From assembly GCA_951406725.2 (NCBI GenBank), contig OX597840.1, positions 37,448,001 through 37,512,000 on the forward strand: a stretch of DNA of 64,000 nt, written 5' to 3'. The stretch is from Octopus vulgaris. Its lineage: Eukaryota. Numbering within the stretch: the stretch's first letter is position 1; the number at the start of each line of letters is the position of its first letter. Below are positions 53,091-64,000 of this stretch, piece after piece. A program made the translations under genes and the position numbers. Under the pieces are notes generated by a model. That model saw only the letters and a list, made by a program, of their open reading frames with translations. It did no database searches and was not told the DNA's origin.

Positions 53091-53267
53091 ATATTCTCAT
53101 CATCCACTGATACAGTTTGTATAATTTCTCCATTATATATGTATGTATATTATATATATATATATATATATACAGAGAGAGAAAGCGAGAGAAAGAGACA
53201 TGGATATATATATATATGTATATGTATATATATATATGTATGTGTGTGTATGTGTGTGTGTGTGTGT

Positions 53268-53340
<73 letters not shown>

Positions 53341-54314
53341 TAGATAGTATTCGGTCGTTCGTAAAGAAAGACAATCCACCTTTTACCGCCGCTCCCTCGG
53401 TTTTTCTCAGCCGTTGTCTCTATGGATTATACATCGTTTTTTGTCTTTTCATAACTGTAGTATAAAATGATGGTTTGCAAATTTGACTGCAGCATCAAAT
53501 CATGGGTGGATGGATAGATACACAACGCATTTGAACAGGTAGACGAAAGGTTACGTAGACAGGTGATACGTGATGATAACCCCCCCAACGACGGAAATAG
53601 CAATGATTTGTTGATAAACAAATACAAGGTCAATTACAGCAAGATACCTTTTCATTTGTTCTTTCTATCGCGTTTGCTACGTCTGGTTTAGTTTAACATG
53701 TAAGCAATTACAATACGTCCATGTACTTATATAATCTTAAAGATCGGCTAATAGACTTTTCGGTATAGACTTGTTAGCAAGTCAAACATTATAATTGACA
53801 ATCAACAAATTTATTTCCAGGCCGTTCGTCTGTGAATACTAAATATATTTTACTGTGTTAGACGTTGAATATTTCGTGTTAGATTCACTACAGGCAAGAT
53901 TAGATGTACATCTTAAGATAATTTACATTGCAAATGTTTGTATTAATGCAATTTTCCTTCGTTGTATGAGAAATGTCTTCGTTTTTCAGCAGAAATTCCC
54001 CAGATGACGAAAAAGAACAGTATGTATGTACGTATGTGTATAATGCATGTATGTATATATGTACATACATATACATACATACATGTGTGTGTATGTGTGT
54101 GGTGTGTTGTACTTGTATGTATAAAACGGAAATCTATTTAATATCAAATACATACAAAACACACTTATTCGGTTCTCTGTTGAGCAGAGACAGAATCATT
54201 TATGTTATACTAACTCGCCAATATACACACACACACACGCCTCTTCACTAGGAATTATTATTACTATTATTATTACCATTATCATCGTCATTATCATTAT
54301 TATTACTGTTAGTA

Positions 54315-54367
<53 letters not shown>

Positions 54368-57300
54368 TGTGGTGGTGGTAACAGTTGCTGTTGTTGTTGT
54401 AGGTGTTGGCAGTGTAGATATTCGTGCTGAAGATAGCATCAGAAAGTGGATGGAAATGATTTCGGAGTCCAATGAATTTCTGCTCCTTTCTAAGACGAAA
54501 ATAATAGAAAATTGCCCGCGGAATTATTGAGGATGAGGGCGAAGGTGCGGACTGTGATTTGATTAGAATACAATCTTTGCGAAACCATTTGTACGTATGC
54601 GTGTGCCTAGAGAGAAGGTACTCTATGGCCCAACGTTTAAGAAGTTCGTTTTGCAGCTACCTTGTCCTGACTCCGATCCCAGATACCTCAGGATAACATA
54701 TTGGACATTTTGTGATTGAAATTGAGGGGGTGGAAGCTGGATAGCCCCGCCAAGCGCTTATTCTACCATAGAATTAACGGTAGACATGCCTGTGGTGTTC
54801 CACAGCCCCCAACGCGTTAAATCAGGAGCAAATCATAGGATCGGACAAGTGAATCCTTCAAGCCGACCGACGGAGAATTTCGAAATTCAATTAAATATGG
54901 CAAAGATTTCGCACCAGGAATGAGGCTTCTGTTCAGTCCCACTGTGAGATACCTTGAGCAAACGTTTTTTAATATAAACTGGTTGCCCGTTTCTTCCGAT
55001 TCTACTAATTCGTAATCAACATATTAAATGGTTGACATTGAAAAAAGCTGGGATGTTTGAAACTAGAAAGTCTCTGGTAAATGATGTCCTGAAACAGGAT
55101 GACACCATAAATTCCAATAACATCGGACATAACACACCGACGGAACCCCTGCTGGGTTGCTAGATCTGCAAGAAATAGTCGCCAAATTCTGTCAAATTGC
55201 ACCTGAGTCTCATAAAGAAATGAAGGAAGGATCCATTGAACGATGCAACTCTAATATGAATGATGATCACGACAGAAGCGCCTTTAATTATAAGCATACT
55301 CGATAAGAGTTGAGAAATGCATCGCAACGACAGATCGACCTCCTACTGCTAAAAATGGAAATCAAATCTCTTTGACATCATATCGTAATATAGTACGATG
55401 AGAAGGAATTATTGAAGAACCTAGTCGTGAATTATTGATGGAATGGTCAAGGAGGGAAGGTTTACGATATTATGTCATCTCCAAGATGGTTGTTGCTGGA
55501 CCAAACAAAGACAGGTATTGAGCTTCCATAACGATTTTATAACCAGAATTCCCTCATTTCTCCTTTTCTCTCTCTAAGTACATACACACTCTCTCCTTTT
55601 CTGTAAGCACACAGATACCCTCTCTCGCGCACACACATTTTCTCTTCTTCCCTTTAAGCACTCACACACAGACTCTCTCTCTCTCCCGCTGCCATTATGG
55701 GGCAACCTCCAGCGAACAAAACACAAGTATCCTCTAGTGTTGTCACATAATTACTGTCTGTATAAAACCTAGGAAGGAAAGTCACAGCCATATTTAGCCT
55801 TAATTCAATGGTAGGGACACGATTTTAGAAATGACATATTTTGCTGGATGTTCGCAGATGGAACTGCTTTGTGATTATGGCTAATTGATTAGGGTTTATT
55901 TGGTACTGGAATAACAACAACAACAACAACAGAAAAATCAACAACAGTAGCTGCTGCAACAATATCAACAACATCAAGAAGAAAATTAAGAACTGTAACA
56001 ACTGGAGGTTCAACATTGGTAACAGCCACAAAAATATTTGTGTCTAATTTAAACCCGAGGCCAGATATTTGAGGCGGGCGGAGCTTTGTCGATACCATCC
56101 ATTTTGCATTTGATTGGGACTTCATCTGAATCGACAAAAGAACAGCGAAAGGAAAAGTTGACTACGATGGGATTTACCCACAAAGTGAGAGACAACTACG
56201 AATAGGTATTTGTGTGAAGCAGTAAATTTTCTTTCAATTCTCCTCAAAAATATGAAAAGCAATCTGAAGAAAAAATGTCCACCTCCTCACGAAACCTTCC
56301 AGGATCCTCACCATGACCAACACCAACGACGATGGAGACGTGGTCTTGGAATTACAAAACAAATTTGCCGCACCACTGCAGCCTGCAGTCATTGTCTTTC
56401 TCTTCTTAATTGTTGTTTAAACGAAATCTCACTGAAATAATAGTTTAACGATTCAGTTGGATAATCCTTTTGAAGAATTTAACGTCTGGGTATAAGAACA
56501 AACAAGATGGCGGCGGCGGTGGCGGTGGTGGCGGCGGTGGTTTGAAGCCTTTCAACTCTGGTTCTACGCTGTAAGAGGCGACGTGGGCCAAAAAACAACA
56601 ATGACAGTGAATACAACAACAACAACATCGACAACAACAACAAGGAAAACAACAACACTGAAAACATGACGACTGAATGAACGAAACCTTCCCAAAGCTG
56701 TAGAACAAGCAACAAAACCAAACTTGCTTTCAGCAATGATTGGTCCTTCAATAATCGACTGTAATAATATAAACTCGTTCTGTTATATTTTTATTTGTAC
56801 AGTCATCATTGTTCTTTGTTCCCTGATAGATGTGTTAAACAACGTTCGTGATTGTCTATTTGTTTTTACTTCTCCGCATCCTTCTTTTTTTCTTTTTTTC
56901 TTCCTCTATGGTCTTTTTTTCCCCTCATTTCTTCCCAATGATTTCTGGTTTTATCGTTTCTAAACTAAAGAACAACGAAAATATATTTCGTTTTTCTCTC
57001 TCACTCTTTCTCCATCTCTCGGTGTTTGGTTAAACTAGACTGGAAGTAATACGACGTTGGCCCAACTAATCTAACATCTCATTCCATTCTCTGATATGTT
57101 TTTCCTTTTTTTTTTTCTTCTCTCATATTGATTCCAATTCTTGCACCATTGTTAACCCCCATCCTACACATGACCCCCACCACATACAAAAAAGACAAAA
57201 AGAATTGTTGACATTGTCTCTGAGTTATTTTTATTATATTTTATAATTTTTCTCTCTATTTTATTGTATACTTTTATATATAATATTACTCTTCATTTTG

Positions 57301-57381
57301 TTTGTACATATAGCGAATAAGAATGGCTGTATTCGCGTATGCCTGTATGGTTGCACATGTGTGTATGTATGTGTGTATGAC

Positions 57382-57424
<43 letters not shown>

Positions 57425-57733
57425 ACATATATTTATACTTATGTTTATATCACTGTATATATATATATATATATACATATATATCCCTATATATATACAT
57501 AAATGTATATATCCCTATACACACACATACACACACACATATATATATATATATGTACTAGTTATGTATATTATTTCTTCATATGAATATACAAACTTAT
57601 GTATGTACATTTTGTATATAATTGTATAGCTATGTGTATATATATATGAATATACATTTCTTTATATGAATGTATATGCATGTATACCTACACACATACA
57701 TATATTTAAGTACATACATATATACCTATCTAT

Positions 57734-57809
<76 letters not shown>

Positions 57810-58438
57810 ACCTACATATATAAATGTAAACTTCTAAACATATGTGCGTTAGCATGTATGTAGATATAGATATATTATTCGTTTGCATTTGTGCGTATTA
57901 TATTTATGAGTGGAGCACAGCATTCCTCAATTTCTGTTTTCGCTAACCGATCACATATAAATATATAGGCGTACATGTGTGTGTGAATCTGTACGCGTGT
58001 TTGGGTGTTATTTATTTATTTACTTTTTCTGACCAATACACATATATCTAACTAATGTTTTGGTTAGAGCAGTAAACACTGCAACAATTTGTTCACTTTC
58101 CTACGTCTGAGCCATTTTTCTATTTCGTTCTCTATTTAACTACCATTACATTACATCACTCAATTAGAGAAATGTGCGGTTCTATATATATATATATATA
58201 TATATATATGTCGAGAGAGATAAATATATATGAATATACATGAATATATAGGTATAGTTATATATAAATATATATATATATGTATATATAACAATATGAG
58301 TATATATATTGTTATATATACTCATATATACTCATATTGTTATATATACATATATATATTTATATATGTGTGTGTGTGTATATATATATCGAGAGATATA
58401 CATATATATGAATATACATGAATATATAAGTATGGTTT

Positions 58439-58503
<65 letters not shown>

Positions 58504-58549
58504 ATTGAGAGCGAGACATATATGAATATACATGAATATATAAGCATAG

Positions 58550-58582
<33 letters not shown>

Positions 58583-59143
58583 TATACACATACAAACATG
58601 TATGGAGGTATATACTCACGCACACACAATTGTTTAAGACAGCATGAAAGTGAGAGAGAGACTTAGAAAGATAGAGGCGTATACATGGAGTAATAACATG
58701 AACAAAAGGTAGTTTTCGATTAGGGAATAATATGTATAGAATTGCACATGTGTCTGACGATACATGCTCATACTCATGTACATACATGCACGCGCGCAAG
58801 CAAGCACGCATATACAAACGCACGAAGTTATATATATATATATATGTATGCATAGAATCAGGAACTGAAAACAGAGGTATTTATAGTTTCGTTTATTTGG
58901 AATCAGTAACAGATTGGAAATGGTTCATGAATGGAGAGTTTCGTGCTAGGCGATTATCTGACTTTTGACAATCCAATATTTCTCAGACACACAGATGCAA
59001 GTACATAGAGAGGTGCTAGAGACAAAGATACAGAGAGACAGTTAGATGTGAGTGAGAGAAAAGCGTAATCGCGAAGAGAGATGTGTTTGTGGGTGTGTCT
59101 ATATATATATATGAATTGTCCACATTAATTTGATATATATATA

Positions 59144-59307
59144 TTGTTTTTGGATATGGTTTGCAAGATTCTTTATATGACTTCGTGTGTCGAAGCATAT
59201 TCTGTTGTGTCTGGGGAGAGTCATTTTCTTTTTGTGCCTCTTACCGGTGAGTGTGTTACATTATAAGGCACGAAAAGAAAATATTCTCCCCAGGCACAAC
59301 AGTATAT
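59144..59307. mobile_element. Hairpin element plus unique tail between (TA)n tracts
   Basis: Imperfect arms of about 38 bp (59202-59239 and 59266-59302) with a 26 nt spacer. Confidence 0.65.
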
Positions 59308-59316
59308 ATATATATC

Positions 59317-59601
59317 TTAATCTGGGTCGCTTTGTCGTATACGAGTAAACCCATTGATAGAGAAAGAATCACTAAATCGAGTCAGTGTTGATGCTGTGTA
59401 ATGCCTTTCAATGACTCTTGAGTCCACCCAAATATTTGCACATCGTATTGAATCATGCACAACCGTAATGACTGGCCGGAGGAGCATGTGACAGAGCATG
59501 AAATCTTTGACATGCTCTTTTAATTCTTCAACTGAAAGGCACACATTGCCACATGTTGCACATGTTCTGTTCTGAATAATATCTAAATCACAGTTTACCA
59601 T
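59317..59601 (-). mobile_element. Possible LINE (RTE-like) C-terminal zinc-finger remnant
   Basis: RTCATCGNVCLSVEELKEH is a C-x2-C-x12-H motif resembling the C-termini of some RTE ORFs. It lies among other TE fragments. Confidence 0.4.
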
Positions 59602-59864
59602 GGGTCGATTCGTGTAAGTTTACCTCGCGCGTTAACGAAAAGTTCTAAATCATTCTCTTTCTTGTGTTAGCCTATTATGTGGTGTGTTTATTCTCGGAGA
59701 ATTTATGGTGATAATAGTGTCTTTTGACACATCTATTTTTCAGTGCGTGCTGAGGTGCAAGCCAAGCCCTTGTTATATATATATATATATATATACTTAA
59801 GTGTGGGTATTAGTTTAATCGTGTGTTATTTTTGCTTATTTATTTCTCTACTCTCTAACTTACC

Positions 59865-60545
59865 AATGTCCGTCTCTGTATACACAGTATATTTTTTTTA
59901 ATGCTATACTGTACCACAAAGTATATCTATATCTATCAGTTTTTAAGCGAACATATACAACAGGCACCTGTCTTCATATATAATTGTATATTTTATGGTA
60001 TTCTTTGCCATGTAACTCTATCTATAAGATTACAATCAACACTATGTTTTAGAGAGAAGACTATCTCTCTCTCTCTACATATATTCTATGTACATTTTAT
60101 GCTTTACTGTACACAAGCTATCTGTAGATTTTATCCCACAGGCAAAAGTAGACATATGTCTCCATACATACAGTGTATATTCTATACTAAACTCTACCAT
60201 AATATATATGTATATCTATTGATTTCATTCAATACCACTTAATAGACACATCGCTCTCTCTCTCTCTCTCTATCTGTCTATCTATATATATACATATATA
60301 TACTGTGTATTTGTTATTTTATACTATACCAAAAGCTGTAGTTATATCTAGATTTTAACAATCACTGCGTAATAGCAACCTATCTAAAAAAGAAGTTTGT
60401 TGTGTCTTGCTCGATTTCCCATCAAGAATCTTAGAAACCAAATAAAACCAAGTAGATTTGAGATGTTTTATGCTAAAATGTAACGCAGTCCATATTAGTA
60501 TCTATACACTTTAACCAACACTATTTAATAGACAGATATCTCTTT
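59865..60545. repeat. Highly diverged tandem repeat, roughly 90-110 bp unit, about 6 copies
   Basis: Recurring ATTTTATGCT.TACTGTAC...TATCTATA.ATTT...ATAGACA motif. Confidence 0.55.
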
Positions 60546-60719
60546 AATGCTCTTAATTACAAATAAATTTTTTATCATGAACAACTAATCAATATTCAGT
60601 TAATTTTCCATTTTGGACTTCGCAAGTAATCTTGCACAAAGTGACCCGCAGTAGGACCGAACCCAAACGACTCGGTTGCAAAGTGAGCTACTGAACCACA
60701 CGGCAATGCCTGCACTTCT

Positions 60720-60859
60720 TAGACAGACTTATAACAGGAAAATTTATCTGTAAAATAATATGTGACAATTATTCGGTACCCAAGATAAAACTCTGATTTT
60801 CGGATGCCGAGGTGGAAATCCACGCCACCATCTCTTCGATTATCTGGCCATCTGAAAAA

Positions 60860-60862
<3 letters not shown>
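60720..60862 (-). mobile_element. (TA)n-abutting element with a decayed hammerhead-like motif
   Basis: Minus strand 60845-60783 reads AGATAA-TCGAAGA-GATG..GTGGATTTCCAC..CATC-C-GAAA-ATCAGAGT-T-TTATCT. Confidence 0.5.
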
Positions 60863-60897
<35 letters not shown>

Positions 60898-61516
60898 ATA
60901 TATATATATGTATAGATATTTTTCTAGATAACACTCACTGAATACAAAGTTGTAGTGGTCACGGTTGGAAAGTTTTTGGTCATAGAACTACTCTGAGTGT
61001 AAACAACAACGACATGAACAACGCTGCAACCACTATCACCACGAACAACAACAACACCTAAAACAGCAGCGACGGCAGCGACACTGAAAATAGAACGCTA
61101 AAAAAAATACCAAGAGCAGCAGATACGACGATGATAACGATGGCAGCAGCCGCTGCAGTCATAACTGCATCAACAACAATATTCATTATTAACCAAAGAT
61201 CTCATAGAAAAACTGATTGAAAATTAGATTCCAGTCTTAAACGTCAATATATTTCATTTGTCTTTTTGTTTTGGTTTTTCTAGTTGTATTTTTTTTTGTC
61301 TTGTCTTTCTAACTTCGCTTCTATTTTGGTTGGAAGTATTTCCAGTTGAGAAAAGCGAGATATTGTCACCGAATAAACTAAGCGACGTGTTAGCAGAGTG
61401 GTAAACGTGTCGAATAATAACTTAGCCATATCCCAGTTCAAATACCGTTTCCCCATCTTCTTGATATATACATACACATATATAACGAATAGACAACCGC
61501 CATATATATATATATA

Positions 61517-61770
61517 GAAGCTAGGATCACCAAGCATAGATTGGCATATTTCAGTCATATTATGCGGAGAAAATCCCTGGAGAAGGACATCATGCTCATA
61601 ATGGTCAGTGGCAAGGGAGGGAGAGGCTGACCAAGAACCCACTCGCTTGACACCATCAAGAGTGATACCGGAATGGACATAGCCAATCTGAAAGAAGCGG
61701 CCCAGGATAGAACTGACTGGAGGACACTGATCCAACGAGTGACCGAGAGTCGACTTTGACTGAGCGGATA
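61517..61770 (+). mobile_element. RTE-clade LINE 3' end, BovB-like
   Basis: Translates to EARITKHRLAYFSHIMRRKSLEKDIMLIMVSGKGGRG*PRTHSLDTIKSDTGMDIANLKEAAQDRTDWRTLIQRVTESRL, collinear with the BovB/RTE C-terminus (YFGHLMRR..SLEK..MLG...RGR.R.RWLD..DR..WR). It is 5'-truncated at (TA)n. Confidence 0.9.
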
Positions 61771-61836
61771 GAGAGAGAAAGAGATATATATAACAAATAA
61801 AAGGCAGGAGATGGAATATACGAGAATATATTATTA

Positions 61837-61940
61837 ATCACAACAGTTGTTTCGACACATCTAGCATCGACTCCTCTTGTGAAACACACAAAAAGGGGTT
61901 CAAGAACATCCGGTGTTGCAGATGTATCCCGTCGGGTGAT
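61837..61940 (-). ncRNA. Type I hammerhead ribozyme-like motif with extended helix II
   Basis: ATCAC-CCGACGG-GATACATCT-[insert]-AGATGTGTC-GAAA-CAACTGT-T-GTGAT: a 5 bp helix I, a 9 bp helix II and a near-palindromic helix III. The core deviates from CUGANGA at two positions. Confidence 0.65.
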
Positions 61941-61999
61941 AAATAAATATAAAAATTTCGTTAAAATTACTTTTCCATAATGCAACTTTCTGTTTTATA

Positions 62000-62400
62000 G
62001 GGAAAAACCCCGCCAGACGGAGGAAAATACCTCATATAGATAGAAGATCCAAAAACAAAATTGCAGAAGACAAAAAGCGAAGCGAACACGTAATCCAAGG
62101 AGAAAAGTATAGAAAATAACCGTTAACCGATATGGATGTATTAACGCCCTCGGGCAAGCTACAAATTGGTCGATTATCAATGCGGTTTACATCTCCTCGG
62201 TTGGCATTTAGATGTAAATGCTTGATATATCCAGTAGGTGAATCTTTGTCGCATTCTGCTATTGTTTATGCGATGCATAAGCTGCTCCAAATTAGCAAAG
62301 TTAGCGTAGGATACCTTCACGGTGTGCCGATTAAAAATATATGGTGGTTGTCTACTTCTTATACAGAGTTTGACCACTTCCTGTACCTACACCTTAGAAC
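62000..62400 (-). mobile_element. Penelope-like element ORF remnant
   Basis: IFNRHTVKVSYANFANLEQLM resembles the PLE RT-to-GIY-YIG linker motif IFNRNT.K.SYS...N as I recall it. It is on the same strand as, and upstream of, the hammerhead motif. Confidence 0.5.
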
Positions 62401-62559
62401 CATGATGGCATCTGATGTGGCCTTTTAAACCAGACACCCACATAGAATTTTGAAAAGTGTTTTGAAAAGACACTCACATAGATTGCATATCCGATTTGGA
62501 TCACCAAGAGCTGCAGTTAAGTTCTGATCTTTGTGGATCTTAAAATCTATATCTCAGTG

Positions 62560-62875
62560 ATTCGACAGGCTCGACTTGGAGAAATGGTGTATCTCTCCAG
62601 GCTGAGTCGATTCTTCTTGACATTGAGAAGTCACAGTTCCGGCACTACGGATGTGGTTAGAATGCCGTAGGAAAGGATGGCAAGAAAGATACTTCAAGCC
62701 ATGACAACTGTCAGAAGATTCAAGCGGAAGACTAAGAACAAGCTGGTTGGATAAAATTCATAGCCTCAGTCGGTCAGGCTTTGAAATTCAGCCAAAATTG
62801 TTGTGATGGTTACTTCTGATGGTTACTTATGGAGATGGTGCCTGGGGACTCTTCCTTCACGGTCTTACCAAGAAT
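62560..62875 (+). mobile_element. Decayed RTE-clade LINE 3' end, Expander/Rex3-like
   Basis: SLQAESILLDIEKSQFRHYG / VVRMP*ERMARKILQA..RR / LRTSWLDKIHSL, cf. LLLHIERSQLRWLGH..RMP..R.......RRPRGRPRTRW.D. Confidence 0.75.
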
Positions 62876-63742
62876 TATGGGCAGCAAAAATATATGGATG
62901 GATGAATGGCGAGAAAAAAAAATAATAATAATAAAAAGTAAATTTGAAATCGAATATATCCATAAACAATAGGAATAATCTAAAAGAAAAGGATTTTATA
63001 AACTGAGACCAACTGTAGAGCTTAGAAGCGGAAAGTGAAGTTGAGAATAATATTTGATTTGAATATAATACAAAAAGAAAAATTCAATATTTTATCGATT
63101 TGAATTTGAAACGGAAATTTTTGCTTAACTTCAACCGAGTTCAATTTGTGTGTTCAGTTTTTAATCCAGTGTTATTTCTGTACAGGGCAACACTGCCATG
63201 TTGCCGCCATTTTAATGCATTCAACCACCAACACATTAACTGCCACCGTTTTTGTCTAGTTCATTTGTTGTGCATGGTTGCTCGCTTGGGTGTCTTCTGC
63301 TGCTAGAATCGCAGAAATTATTGAAGCTAGGAAGAGTTGCAAGAATTTTAAACTAAAAATAAATGAAAAATAAGCTGAATAAATGAAAATAAATGAAAAA
63401 TAGGCAAAATCAAAATAAAGATGTTTATATTATTATTTATGTATTTCTCTTTTGTTTTACGTTTTAACTTTTTTTTGGAAGCAAGATATTGCAACACAAA
63501 CTGAATCGCTGCTTCTGCTGCTTCTACAAATATTCCTAAGCATTTCCAAAAGAAAAAAAAATGAAGAATATTGTGGAAAGTCTGCTTAGACGTCAGGCGG
63601 AATCATTTACTCGTAAATGCAACAGGATTAAATAAATCTTTCACAAACATACTAAATTCATACACACAAAAACATACCTACAAATTTACACACATTTATG
63701 TATTCATATATACATATGCATACATACATACATATATTTACA

Positions 63743-63961
63743 TACAGGACGTGTGCTAAGTTCCTGGTTTTAAGGGCATCGCAAAAGGCTTGGTTAGAGG
63801 CCCAACCTTCTGATTTCTTATACAGTGCCTAGAAAAACTGAAGGACCGCTGCAATATGTGTGTATCTGAGAGGACAATATATATTGAATAAATTCATAAC
63901 TAATTTATCCTCATGTATTATCTTTTACCTAAAGCTAGACACTTTTCATCGGCCCATCGTA
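63743..63961 (+). mobile_element. Mariner-derived MITE carrying the transposase C-terminus
   Basis: Decayed TIRs (TACAGGACGTGTGCTAAGTTCCTGG and CTAGACACTTTTCATCGGCCCATCGTA). The interior AWLEAQPSDF / LEKLKDRCNMCVSERTIYIE* matches the mariner ending L..RW.KC....G.Y.E. Confidence 0.75.
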
Positions 63962-64000
63962 TATATACACGTAAACGTATGTGTGCGTGTGAACACTTCA

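Overview
AT-rich, repeat-saturated eukaryotic non-coding DNA (long intron or intergenic). The interspersed-repeat families look to me like those of Octopus (coleoid cephalopod); this is pattern recall, not a database result. No complete protein-coding gene can be supported, and nearly all ORFs in the supplied track are read-through of (TA)n, (CA)n, (GA)n, (ATT)n or (GGT)n microsatellites. Supported content: at least three tRNA-derived SINE families in many copies (including a dimeric form), a fourth old repeat family ending in (CAA)n, decayed LINE fragments (RTE/BovB-like, RTE/Expander-like, CR1/L2-type RT, R4/Dong-type), mariner derivatives, and a Penelope-like (PLE) remnant. The most interesting signal is a set of short, mutually divergent elements next to (TA)n tracts. 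Four of them fold as minimal type I hammerhead ribozymes with compensatory helix I pairing, and three share a non-canonical C at core position 4. One lies directly 3' of the PLE coding remnant. Two further (TA)n-embedded elements are long hairpins. A few candidate exons and a triple octamer cluster are reported at low confidence.
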